Source of the DNA: Macrostomum lignano | Taxonomy: Eukaryota | Length of the DNA stretch: 29,268 nucleotides | Assembly: GCA_002269645.1 (NCBI GenBank) | Contig: NIVC01004228.1 | Coordinates: forward strand, 24,815-54,082 | Direction: 5' to 3' | Shown here: positions 13,301 through 21,705 of the stretch, piece after piece | Numbering within the stretch: the stretch's first letter is position 1 | Layout: each line of letters starts with the position of its first letter | Notes under the pieces: generated by a model | The model's input: the letters and a program-made list of their open reading frames with translations, nothing else | What the model was told of the DNA's origin: nothing | The model's database searches: none | Program-made: the position numbers and the translations under genes

Positions 13301-15698
13301 CGGCTTCGGCGACACAGTCCGAGTGATGTCGTCTCTGCGTCGACCGCACCGGCTGACGATCCGCGGCAACGACCAGCGGGACCGGCCGTACCTGGTGAAG
13401 GCCGGCGAGGACCTTCGGCAGGACCAGCGAATCCAGCAGGCTCTGGGACTGTTTAACTCCCTGCTGCAGAGGGACATTCAGTGCCGGCTGCGGCGGCTGA
13501 GTCTCGTCACCTATCAGGTGCAATGCTCGATTATGGGATTTCTATTGATTTTTGTGATTATCAATTATGGGATTTCTATTGATTTTTGTGATTATCAATT
13601 ATGGGATTTCTATTGATTTTTTGGGATTCTCAATTATGGGATTTCTATTGATTTTTAGGGGATTCTCAATTATGGGATTTCTATTGATTTTTTGGGATTC
13701 TCAATTATGGGATTTCTATTGATTATTCTCAATTATGGGATTTCTATTGATTTTTTGGGATTTCTATTGATTCTCAATTATGGGATTTCTATTGATTTTT
13801 AGGGGATTCTCAATTATGGGATTTCTATTGATTTTTTGGGATTCTCAATTATGGGGATTCTCAATTATGGGATTTCTATTGATTTTAGGGGATTCTCAAT
13901 TAATTATTGGGATTTCTATTGATTTTTAGGGGATTCTCAATTATGTGGGATTTCTATTGATTTTTAGGGATTCTTAATTATGGGATTTCTATTGATTTTT
14001 AGGGATTCTTAATTATGGGATTAAAACCCACCAACCCAACCGACCAATGCCCGCAGGTGGTGCCCCTCAGTCCCGACCTGGGCATTCTGGAATGGCTGGA
14101 GCGCACCCAGCCTTACAAAGACTTTCTGGTGCATCAGATGACCGCAACGGAGCAGCGAATTCACTCCAAACAGTGTATCGACTACTCTAAGTTCGTATCC
14201 AATGACCACTGCAAGCTGTACACCCTGCCAGATCAGCAAGTTGTTCAACGACATTTTCAACCTCTGCTGGACTGTGTGCCAGACTGGCTGCTTGCCAGAG
14301 GTCTGCGTCAGTTATCCAGCAGTTGGGAGGCCTATTACGCTATGCGTGACACCCTGGTGAGAAGTCACGCGGCAATGTGCGGCGCACACTGGCTACTGTC
14401 AGTAGGCGACAGGCACATGTCCAACTATATGCTGTGCCTGGATAGCGGCAAAATGATTGGCATAGATTTCGGTTACGCCTTTGGCACTGCGATCACATTT
14501 CTGCCCACCCCGGAGCTGGTGCCGTTCAGGTTGACAAGACAGATTTGCGGGGCGATGGGGCCGCTGCCGCCAAGTCAGGGGGCGTTTGTGCGATGCCTGG
14601 GTCATTGCCTGGCAGCTCTCAGGCGCGAGCGAGAGCTGGTGCTGTCCGTGCTGCAGGTTTTTATTAATGACGTGTCCGCTGACTGGAAGCAGCTGGCTGG
14701 GATGCTGACTGCCGCGCACAGGGAGTCAGCTGGTGAGGATTCTTTCTTTTTTTATCCCCAAATCGTAACAATTATCCCATTTGATCCCATGCTGTTGTAT
14801 GTCAAAAGATGTTAATTAATCCCATGCTAGATTATCCCAAGGAATCTTAAATAATCCCATGCTAGATTATCCCAAGGAATCTTGAATAATCCCATGCTAG
14901 ATTATCCCAAGGAATCTTGAATAATCCCATGCTAGATTATCCTAAAGAATCTTAAATAATTCCATGCTAGAATATCCCTAAAAATCCCAAATAATCCCAT
15001 GGTAGAATATCCCTAAAGAATCTTGAATAATCTCATGCTAGAATATCCCCAAAAATCCCAAATAATTCCAAGCTAGAAAAAGCCTAGAATATCCCTAAAA
15101 ATCCCAAATGATCTCATGCCAGAATATCCCTAAAAATCCCAAATATCCCATGCTAGAATATCCCTAAAAATCTTTAAAAATCTCATGATAGAATATCTCT
15201 AAAAATCTTATATAATCCCATGCTAGAATATCTCTAAAAATCTTGAATAATCCCATGCTAACATAATCCCATAAAAATGCTAGAAGTTATCCAAATCCAA
15301 TTTCAAAACCAACAGCGGCCTGGGACACCAACGGGGATCGCACGGGCTCCAAATCAGCTTCAGCTTCATCAGCGGCAGCCGGAGGCAGCGGCTCAATCGC
15401 CAGCTTCTCCTGTCCAGAGCGCTGGTTCAGCTCCGAGAAGCTGCAGGTGGTTCGCCAGAAGCTGTCTGGCGCGCATCCTTGCCAGACGTTGAAGTCGGAG
15501 CTGCTGTTGGACCGGCACAGAGGCAAGCCGTACACGCCCGGCATGCTGGCTGTTATCGATCGGCGACGGATCAATGTTGGTGATGGAGATGCAGCTGAGA
15601 GGCTGGTGCCGATGCAGCAGGCCGAGCTACTGGTTGACATGGCAACCGATCCCGCTTTGCTGGCTCGAACCTACAGCGGCTGGCAGCCGGATCTCTGA
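1..15698 (+). CDS. PRKDC: DNA-dependent protein kinase catalytic subunit, 3' portion (15 exons in window, 5' end outside)
   Basis: Exons 1-314, 652-1293, 1615-2112, 2782-3270, 5203-5694, 6273-6419, 7513-7611, 8121-8385, 9904-10199, 10750-10995, 11705-12211, 12403-12804, 13239-13517, 14057-14732, 15316-15698. All introns are GT-AG with matching phases (12 phase 0, 2 phase 1). Peptides are collinear with remembered human DNA-PKcs: PMFDRPLADCPFRECRIDADWR~[33 protein letters not shown]~YRHGDLPDIQI, RFPRLL~KFPRLL, LVKAGEDLRQDQR, GDRHMSN...IDFG, LARTYSGWQP~[10 protein letters not shown]. Confidence 0.96.
468..612. repeat. 43 bp tandem repeat, ~3.3 copies (intron 1)
   Basis: CTCTGTGCCCGTTAAAACATTCTCTCTCTATCCCCAATGTACA recurs at 481, 524 and 567. 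Confidence 0.9.
652..1293 (+). CDS. PRKDC: DNA-PKcs exon containing the ABCDE-cluster equivalent
   Basis: CAG acceptor 649-651; ARRQAYQIL...LLEFWS...TPLFLETQ...FEATQ...DSQ; donor GTCTGT at 1294. Confidence 0.92.
1294..1580. repeat. (TGTC/TGCC)n microsatellite (intron 2)
   Basis: Directly visible; it generates the SVCL/RQTD ORFs. Confidence 0.97.
1615..2112 (+). CDS. PRKDC: DNA-PKcs exon
   Basis: CTAAC branch-like motif at ~1600, CAG 1612-1614; DLSVSTSLLF...LHRLRRR...[12 protein letters not shown]...LAQKD; donor GTGAGC at 2113. Confidence 0.9.
2270..2735. repeat. 33 bp minisatellite (intron 3)
   Basis: Unit ATGGGTCATATCATCCTCTATGATCCTTTTAGA. Confidence 0.95.
2782..3270 (+). CDS. PRKDC: DNA-PKcs exon (start 2782, or alternatively 2791)
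   Basis: LSQSMVDW...HLPTLGALALELL...AKRRR, collinear with human LQQPVGIRLLEEAL...AKR; donor GTGACA at 3271. Confidence 0.8.
3400..5130. repeat. 26 bp minisatellite, ~1.7 kb (intron 4)
   Basis: Unit CACATCTTAGCGACATATCTCACCGA; homogeneous in the centre and degenerate at both edges. Confidence 0.97.
5203..5694 (+). CDS. PRKDC: DNA-PKcs exon (start of FAT region)
   Basis: YWLALARLYRDMGEPD~RWVELAKLYRSIGEYD; LARLDCLTRLADW~LASLDCYNHLAEW; donor GTGAGT at 5695. Confidence 0.9.
5700..6185. repeat. ~32 bp degenerate minisatellite (intron 5)
   Basis: Unit approximately AAATGGGTCATCAATTGTTGACCCAGAATCCT. Confidence 0.85.
6273..6419 (+). CDS. PRKDC: DNA-PKcs exon missed by the ORF track (49 codons)
   Basis: CTCAG|AAT GCC CTG...; NALSSYMLSSTRLVCD...FMDFLRC...RTQFE~YLPYMIRSKLKLL...LLTFIDK...AILE; donor GTGAGG at 6420; length 147. 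Confidence 0.8.
6438..7485. repeat. (TAG)n microsatellite, ~1 kb (intron 6)
   Basis: TAG triplets with TGG/AGAG interruptions. Confidence 0.97.
7513..7611 (+). CDS. PRKDC: DNA-PKcs exon (33 codons)
   Basis: TTGCAG acceptor; SEHAELLASVLIKTGKYHNAMAYVDSALDRVLN~[26 protein letters not shown]; donor GTGAGC at 7612. Confidence 0.82.
7725..7995. repeat. 30 bp minisatellite (intron 7)
   Basis: Unit TTGGTCATAGCACTCTCCATTATCCTTCAG. Confidence 0.9.
8121..8385 (+). CDS. PRKDC: DNA-PKcs exon (FAT); end 8385 or 8379, both phase 1
   Basis: NVSSVPAL...SVHRLTELRE...LLAKWRQRRPD...NWERTVAVR~NYSSID...SVQALTEIQE...LLNTWTNRYPD...IWDDIITNR. Confidence 0.85.
8520..8790 (-). mobile_element. 5'-truncated tRNA-derived SINE (intron 8)
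   Basis: Minus strand: B-box GGTTCGATTCC (8751-8761) after a tRNA-like GGTCGGG, then AAGCAAGACACTTAAC and TTCACCCAGCTGTAAAATGGG blocks typical of metazoan SINE central domains, and an AT-rich tail. No A-box seen. Confidence 0.7.
8857..9350 (-). pseudogene. Decayed secreted C-type lectin gene, antisense within intron 8
   Basis: One frame reads LYLGGYQ...STAG*IWDACNESIQADVWEPKQPNNNKGNQDCVNIY...INDCECDHQLKYICE...* (in-frame TGA 9034-9036, final TAA 8857-8859). Upstream is a Cys motif CGYLCAKTLKCQAF, and a signal-peptide-like ILPALFLLLTLSV in another frame. Confidence 0.75.
9425..9850. repeat. 12/24 bp minisatellite (intron 8)
   Basis: Unit TAATAGCCTACCTAAT(C/T)AACCAC(C/T). Confidence 0.93.
9904..10199 (+). 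CDS. PRKDC: DNA-PKcs exon (FAT)
   Basis: Phase-1 start after CAG 9901-9903; LLAEAARLQSQPAVALIHL~KMIDSARKQNNFSLAMKLL; donor GTAAGC at 10200. Confidence 0.85.
10270..10700. repeat. 24 bp minisatellite (intron 9)
   Basis: Unit AAGCGACACATTGACCGACACTAT. Confidence 0.95.
10750..10995 (+). CDS. PRKDC: DNA-PKcs exon (FAT)
   Basis: TTCCAG acceptor; LISPSPTWEELL...ALSNLQSAA...LQCHLEL; donor GTGAGG at 10996; joins IRFCD (~AYMTLADFCD). Confidence 0.8.
11215..11605 (+). repeat. Interstitial telomere-like (TTAGGG-variant) G-rich array (intron 10)
   Basis: TTAGGG mixed with TTTGGG, GTAGGG, GTGGGG and CTTAGGG. Confidence 0.88.
11705..12211 (+). CDS. PRKDC: DNA-PKcs exon (end of FAT)
   Basis: IRFCD...EASIRFPRLL...VPVWLSLPWLPQLVSLLDK...YPAALVYPF~EARLKFPRLL...VPCWQFISWISHMVALLDK...YPQAIVYPF; donor GTCAGT at 12212. 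Confidence 0.93.
12403..12804 (+). CDS. PRKDC: DNA-PKcs exon (FRB-like region)
   Basis: FSTWLAEF...LEVPGQY~CSPWMSDF...LEIPGQY; donor GTGAGT at 12805. Confidence 0.92.
12805..13155. repeat. (GAGT)n microsatellite (intron 12)
   Basis: Begins exactly at the GTGAGT donor. Confidence 0.97.
13239..13517 (+). CDS. PRKDC: DNA-PKcs exon (kinase N-lobe)
   Basis: KPQPELHTRIAGFGDTVRVMSSLRRP...LVKAGEDLRQDQR; catalytic Lys present; donor GTGCAA at 13518. Confidence 0.95.
13530..14020. repeat. ~35 bp degenerate minisatellite (intron 13)
   Basis: Unit approximately ATTATGGGATTTCTATTGATTTTTAGGGGATTCTCA. Confidence 0.9.
14057..14732 (+). CDS. PRKDC: DNA-PKcs exon (kinase C-lobe with catalytic and activation loops)
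   Basis: LGILEWLE...HWLLSVGDRHMSN...IGIDFGYAFG...PELVPFRLTRQ; phase-1 donor GTGAGG at 14733. Confidence 0.96.
14815..15290. repeat. ~35 bp minisatellite (intron 14)
   Basis: Unit CCCATGCTAGATTATCCCAAGGAATCTTAAATAAT drifting towards ...AGAATATCCCTAAAAATC. Confidence 0.9.
15316..15698 (+). CDS. PRKDC: DNA-PKcs last exon (FATC)
   Basis: RQKLSGAHP...LLVDMATDPALLARTYSGWQPDL*~RKLAGANP...[22 protein letters not shown]; stop TGA 15696-15698. Confidence 0.95.
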
Positions 15699-16470
15699 AC
15701 ATTTTTTTAATTTCATAATTAGAATCGATTTTAAAACTCTTAGTTTACTACTTATAATGACGCAATCATGTGAGTAGTTCGTAAGGACATTATTAAATAT
15801 TATCATTTTTATAGACCGCTTCATCAGCAAAAAGGTTTTAAAATGCATGATTAGCTACTAATAAGTAGATTGCAGGAACATCAGCTCTGTTCGCTGTAGT
15901 TATTTTTAAAATTAAAAAAATAATTATCGTTTGATTACCTTTGACTTTACCGTTCAGTGCGCTTATATGTTGATTGAAAATCTCAAAAAAATCTAAAATA
16001 AGTCAAACAGCACAATTTGCAGTTTCATTTTGTTTTAGGCCTTTTTAAACTATGTTTAAACTATGTTACTACTAGTGATGGCGCAATATTAAAGTAGTTT
16101 AAACGGAAATTTGCGTTTCAACAGGAAACTAATATATATGGTTTAAATTTTTCAACATATTACGTCACAAGTTTATTTTTTTAAGACATCTTGTTTGCTC
16201 TATCAAAATTAAATAGTGTATAGCTAGTATCTTTATAAAGGTGTTTACCCACAATAACTTTGCAAATATTTTTCTGACGCTAAATTTCTATCCCGTGCTT
16301 AAAATTACGAGTAGGTATCCTGGCTTAATCTGGTTGACTTGTCAGTTTTAAACATTGGCTTAACTTTAAAAGCACCTGTTTCTTTCAAGTAACTGTTTTA
16401 TTTCCACATTAATAGTAGTATGGTTAGTCTTTTAGAACTGTGTTAGCCAAAATCGGCTGCCTAATTTCTA

Positions 16471-16849
16471 TCGGGGTGGGTTTCACAAACGCGAAATTTC
16501 ACAACCGCTAAAAGCACTTGCTTTCACAACCGCGAAACTTCAAAACCGCTAAAAATTTTGCAGTCACTTTCATAAACGCGAAGCTTCACAACCGCGAAAC
16601 TTCACAACCGCTAAATCACCTACTTCCATAAGCGCTAAATTTCACAAACGCAAAACTTCACAACCGCTAAATTTTTTGCAGTCACTTTCACAACCGCGAA
16701 ACTTCATAACCGCGAAACTTCACAACCGCTAAAATTTTTGCACTTACTTTCATATACGGTAGCCTTTTTAGCGGTTGTGAAGTTTCGCGGTTATGAAAGT
16801 AAGGTGATTTAGCGGTTGTGAAATTTCGCGTTTGTGAAAGCAACCCTTG
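16471..16849. mobile_element. MITE (TA-flanked, Tc1/mariner-type) with internal 15-16 bp repeat arrays
   Basis: GGGTGGGTTTCACAAACGCGAAATTTCACAACCGCTAAA at the left end and its near-perfect reverse complement ending ~16846; TA at 16469-16470 and 16850-16851; body built of TTCACAACCGC(G/T)AAA units, inverted in the right part. Confidence 0.75.
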
Positions 16850-17518
16850 TACAATACTACATACTACTTATCCAAAAGTTTTCGTAAGTAGCATTTCTAT
16901 TAAACTATTCTATGTTATTTTTGTTTAATTCCAAGGTTTCTTACTTATTTTTCGCACCATTTCAAAAATTCTATTAAATATAGCCGCTTTCGTGTTTAAA
17001 TGCTTTTTAATAATACAAATTTTAAAAAGCGCATTTGAGAAGCAATTTTGGTGCTCTGCTACTTTAATATTGCTCTATTTGTCTAAACAGTCCAAACAGG
17101 GCCTTAGAAGTGCTTATAATATTCTTAAACAGGCTTAGATTCTCCTCTCTGGCAGCTGACACACAAATAGATATTATTGTACACCCCGGGGTGGCCCCGG
17201 GAGATGCAAATCTGTCTAGGGTAGCAGGGGCTGCCTAGCTGGGAGACACCCAGGTCCCGCCTATGCCTGTCCCTAACTAAACCACGTACTGAACATCACG
17301 TGTTCATCGTTACTCTACTATAAACACATGTTATATCTATATATCTACTCTACTGCACTGCTGCTAGCGGGCCAACGGTGGTGACGGCACGGAACGGGGA
17401 CCGTGGATTGAATAGAAAGGAAAAGGGCGGTAAACAGACAGACAATAAGCAAAAATATACCACCCAACTAGGCAGCCAATCAAACCGCCAGCCGGGGAGG
17501 GGTGGAGCAACTGAGCTG

Positions 17519-17520
17519 GC

Positions 17521-17571
<51 letters not shown>

Positions 17572-17572
17572 G

Positions 17573-17639
<67 letters not shown>

Positions 17640-17660
17640 ATGTCTGTCTGTCTGTCTGTG

Positions 17661-17695
<35 letters not shown>

Positions 17696-17784
17696 GTGTC
17701 TGTCTGTCTGTCTGTCTTAGTGTCTGTCTGTGTGTCTGTCTGTGTGTCTGTCTGTCTGTCTTAGTGTCTGTCTGTCTGTCTTAG

Positions 17785-17869
<85 letters not shown>

Positions 17870-17870
17870 G

Positions 17871-17903
<33 letters not shown>

Positions 17904-18174
17904 TTCTGTCTGTCTGTGTGTCTGTCTGTCTGTCTGTCTGTGTGTCTGTCTGTCTGTCTGTCTTAGTGTCTGTCTGTGTGTCTGTATGTGTGTCTATCTG
18001 TGTGTCTGTCTGTCTTAGTGTCTGTCTGTCTGTCTGTGTGTCTGTCTGTCTGTCTGTCTGTGTGTCTGTCTGTCTGTCTGTCTTAGTGTCTGTCTGTGTG
18101 TCTGTCTGTGTGTCTATCTGTGTGTCTGTCTGTCTGTCTTAGTGTCTGTCTGTCTGTCTGTCTGTCTATCTTAG

Positions 18175-18213
<39 letters not shown>

Positions 18214-18278
18214 GTGTCTGTCTGTCTGTCTTCGTGTCTGTCTGTCTGTCTGTCTGTCTATCTTAGTGTCTGTCTGTG

Positions 18279-18311
<33 letters not shown>

Positions 18312-18378
18312 TAATGTCTGTCTGTCTGTCTGTCTTAGTGTCTGTCTGTGTGTCTGTCTGTGTGTCTGTCTGTCTGTA

Positions 18379-18425
<47 letters not shown>

Positions 18426-18878
18426 GTGTCTGTCTGTCTTAGTGTCTGTCTGTGCCTATCTGTGTGTCTGTCTGTCTGTCTGTCTTAATGTCTGTCTGTC
18501 TGTCTGTCTGTCTTAGTGTCTGTCTGTCTGTCTTTCTGTCTGTCTTAGTGTCTGTCTGTCTGTCTTTCTGTCTGTCTTAGTGTCTGTCTGTCTGTCTGTC
18601 CTTCTGTCTTAGTGTCTATCTGTGTGTCTGTCGGTCTGTCTTAGTGTCTGTCTGTCTGTTTTAGTGTCTCTGTCTGTCTGTCTGTCTTAGTGTCTGTCTG
18701 TGTGTCTGTCTGTCTGTCTTAGTGTCTGTCTGTGTGTCTGTCTGTCTGTCTCTCTGTCTGTCTGTGTGTCTTAGTGTCTGTCTGTGTGTCTGTCTGTGTG
18801 TCTGTCTTAGTGTCTGTCTGTGTGTCTGTCTGTCTGTCTGTCTTCGTGTCTGTCTGTCTGTCTGTCTGTCTATCTTAG

Positions 18879-18921
<43 letters not shown>

Positions 18922-19002
18922 GTGTCTGTAGGTCTGTCTTAGTGTCTGTCTGTCTGTCTTAGTGTCTGTCTGTCTGTCTGTCTGTCTTTCTGTCTGTCTG
19001 TG

Positions 19003-19039
<37 letters not shown>

Positions 19040-19085
19040 TTCTGTCTATCTGTCTGTCTGTCTGTGTGTCTGTCTGTCTGTCTGT
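17519..19085. repeat. (TGTC)n microsatellite, ~1.6 kb, with TGTG and TTAG variant units
   Basis: Directly visible. Confidence 0.97.
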
Positions 19086-19898
19086 TTTTCTTGGGCTCTT
19101 CTTGCAGACATTGTGATATAATCAGCAAAGTTATCGTGTTCAGCTCCAAAGGTTCGACACCAGCCGGCGGGATCGCCGATAGCTCTGGGCCTGAGCCTTC
19201 GGCAGATGCATTTGGTTGCAACATGGCAGACAACTCCGGATCCGAGTCGGCGTCAGGTCCATTACAACGTCTTACTTTTAACCTTTAGGAGTAAGGTAGC
19301 GCCACTCGTTTTCTACTCAATCGGGCACGGTTTCTTTGTCCGAAGCGATTAAACATGAACGCTTAAAGCTGAAAATGTTTCATGGAAAGAAATATGGTTT
19401 TATATATAAATCGTTAGTACAAACTTTCCAATTTGCTTTTGCGTACGCCCTAGATTCTAAAATTGCATGTTGAATAAAAAATTGTATAAAAACACTACCT
19501 TCTCTTAAACTACTAAAGTTCATTGAAACGTGTTTATTACAAAGTTGGTACAAGAAATGCATATACTGTGGGCTTAGAATACAATTCAACGTCCTATATG
19601 TACGAGCTAAGTGTCGGATTCCCAAATCCTCCATATGCTATTACAAGTACGCATTCTTACTTTGCGTAAACATTCTTACATTCTTACTTTAATTCTAGCA
19701 AAGTACAAACACTTGGCATATGTTCATTTACTTTAGTCCACTCCAATTCTGGTTCGCTACGTTTATACCATAGACGATCTCCAAGCTTCCACTGTACTCT
19801 ATAAATCGTATTATCAATAAAGCAAGCGCGGGCTTTGACCTAAAGTGTAGCCTTCTACCTTACCACAGCATATCTGTTTCTTGTCAAGCCTGATAATT

Positions 19899-19916
19899 TG
19901 GTAGCAGAGCGTGGTT
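19899..19916 (+). promoter_or_regulatory. Primer-binding site (initiator tRNA-Met type)
   Basis: TGGTAGCAGAGCGTGGTT is complementary to the CCA plus acceptor stem (...CTCTGCTACCA) of eukaryotic tRNA-iMet and lies 38 nt before the gag ATG. Confidence 0.85.
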
Positions 19917-19953
19917 ACAAGCCTGCCTACGTGCCCGCCTGTGATCCACAAAC

Positions 19954-21100
19954 ATGTCCAGCCTATGCGCATTCGTTAGCACGACCACCATGTGCTCTGA
20001 GACATGCCTAGCTCAACAGCACAGCAAGGAAAAGCTGCGCTGCCAGCAGTGCCATGCCGTCATATGTCGCCGTTTCGCTGACTCAGCCTTCTCCCCTAAG
20101 GGATCGGCCAGTAAGGCGGTGTTCGACCTTCTCCTCTCTCGACTCAACGAGGCCTTGGGCTCAGCCGGCCCGCAGCCCGTCTACAAATGCCCTCTCTGTC
20201 CCTCCTCGGACGGCTAATCAACGCCCTCGCTCTATGAGCAGCTGATAGCCCAGGGACTCATACAGGTGAACCTTCGCGACAAGCGTCCAACGCACTTCAA
20301 ACGTAGCAGCCTCCAGCTCGGCATCCAGGCCTCCGACTCTGAGGAGGGAATGGAGAGCGCCTCCGCACCAGAAGCCCGCGACCCAGGCCACGTGAGCGAC
20401 GACGGCGGCAGCCAGCGACGCAACAGCGCCAACCCTGCGACTACATCAGCACAGCCAGCCTCTCATTCTGCCTGTACCACTCTGCGGCCCAGTACTACGG
20501 ATCCCGCAACCGCGCCCGCCCAGCCTGGCTTCTTCCCACGGTCCAGCCCATCCTACGCACCCGGCGCTGCGCCCGCTGTCTCTCAGGACTGCATGCAGCA
20601 GCTTCTCTGCAGCTTGACACAGATGATGCAACAGAACCAGCAGATCCTGCTGCAGGTCCAGGCCCAAGCGTGCCAGCCTTCCAACTCATCCGTCCCAACC
20701 CAACCGGCGCCACGACCCAACTTCTCGGGCGACTGTATCCTTCACAACGTCCAGCTCCAAACGTTCGACGGCAACTTCCCAGCCTTCTGGAGCTCCTTCA
20801 ACTACCGAGTCGACCACATCAGTTACTCGGATGTAGACAAGTTCGAGACACTACGAGGCCTCCTCAAGGATGCTGCGCTCAAGAAGCTCGGTGGCCTCGA
20901 CGCCTGCCAGCCCGGCGCGTACAAGGAGGCCCGTCGTATCCTCGAGCTCAACTACGGCGACCTGCAAGAGCAGAAGAGCGTCTGCTACCGTCGTCTCCTC
21001 ACCATGCCGCGTCTGCGCAGCATCGAGTACGAGAGCCTAGAGGACTTCGCCGACGTTCTCCGCCTCACCGTCGGACAACTCAGTCGACTGAACATCTCGA
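19954..21100 (+). pseudogene. BEL/Pao gag with N-terminal Cys-rich (PHD-like) segment and premature stop
   Basis: ORFs 19954-20217 and 20266-21135 share a frame, separated only by TAA 20215-20217; similarity ends near QLSRLN (~21095). Confidence 0.8.
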
Positions 21101-21705
21101 CCTGCTCATCGGCAACGACTACGCCCAACTGCTGATCGGACCCAGCACCGGCGCCATCCCGCTGCGGCCCAGGCTCACGGCCTACCTCATCCCGTTCGGC
21201 GCCATACTGAGCGGCTCCCTCGGAGACGACGAACATCACAGCGGCAACAGCCACCCTCGCGTCATCGGCAACACTCTGCTCTGCAATAGCCGTCCGACGA
21301 ACTTGGAGCAGCTGGTAGACCGGATGACCAGCCTTGAGATCCTTGGCCTACAGAAAGATGTGGGGCGAGTCAACCTTCAAGATGACGCGCTCACCAACCG
21401 CCTTCTCAAGAGCGTCACTCGCCAGCCAGATGGACGCTTCTCTGTCGCCCTGCCCTTCAAGCCTGAGGCAGAGCAGCTACCCACCAACTTCAGCCAAGCC
21501 TTTGGACGCGCTCAAGCCACCCACCGCAGACTGACGCTGGCCCAACGCGAGCAATACTACGCAGAGTTCAAGAAGAGAAATAAGGAAGGTGTCATTGAGA
21601 TCGTGGACGGAGGCAAGCCTGCAGGGTCCATAGTACACGTGCTCCCACACTTCCCAGTCGTCAAGGAGTCGTCCAATACCACCAAGATCCGACCAGTAGT
21701 GGATG
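21097..21705 (+). pseudogene. BEL/Pao protease C-terminus and RT N-terminus fragment
   Basis: Frame 3: LDLLIGNDYAQLLIG...LEQLVDRMTSLEILGL...TTKIRPVVDA, then an abrupt break. Confidence 0.85.

Noticed and set aside
12553-13523. THSL-repeat minus-strand ORFs and other antisense ORFs over exons
   Set aside because: (ACTC)n translation and open antisense frames of GC-rich exons.
15700-15960. Polyadenylation signal for DNA-PKcs
   Set aside because: Only ATTAAA-type hexamers in very AT-rich DNA; not distinguishable from background.
17165-17520. GC-rich block starting TGTACACCCCGGG, possible LTR or promoter
   Set aside because: No matching CA end with TSD, no PBS and no second copy in the window.
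17378-19288. Many SVCL/RQTD ORFs
   Set aside because: Translations of the 1.6 kb (TGTC)n array; no coding evidence.
19090-19290. Coding-like segment (PELSAM/PELSAI repeat on minus; open frame on plus)
   Set aside because: No recognisable family, no convincing splice pair or partner exon.
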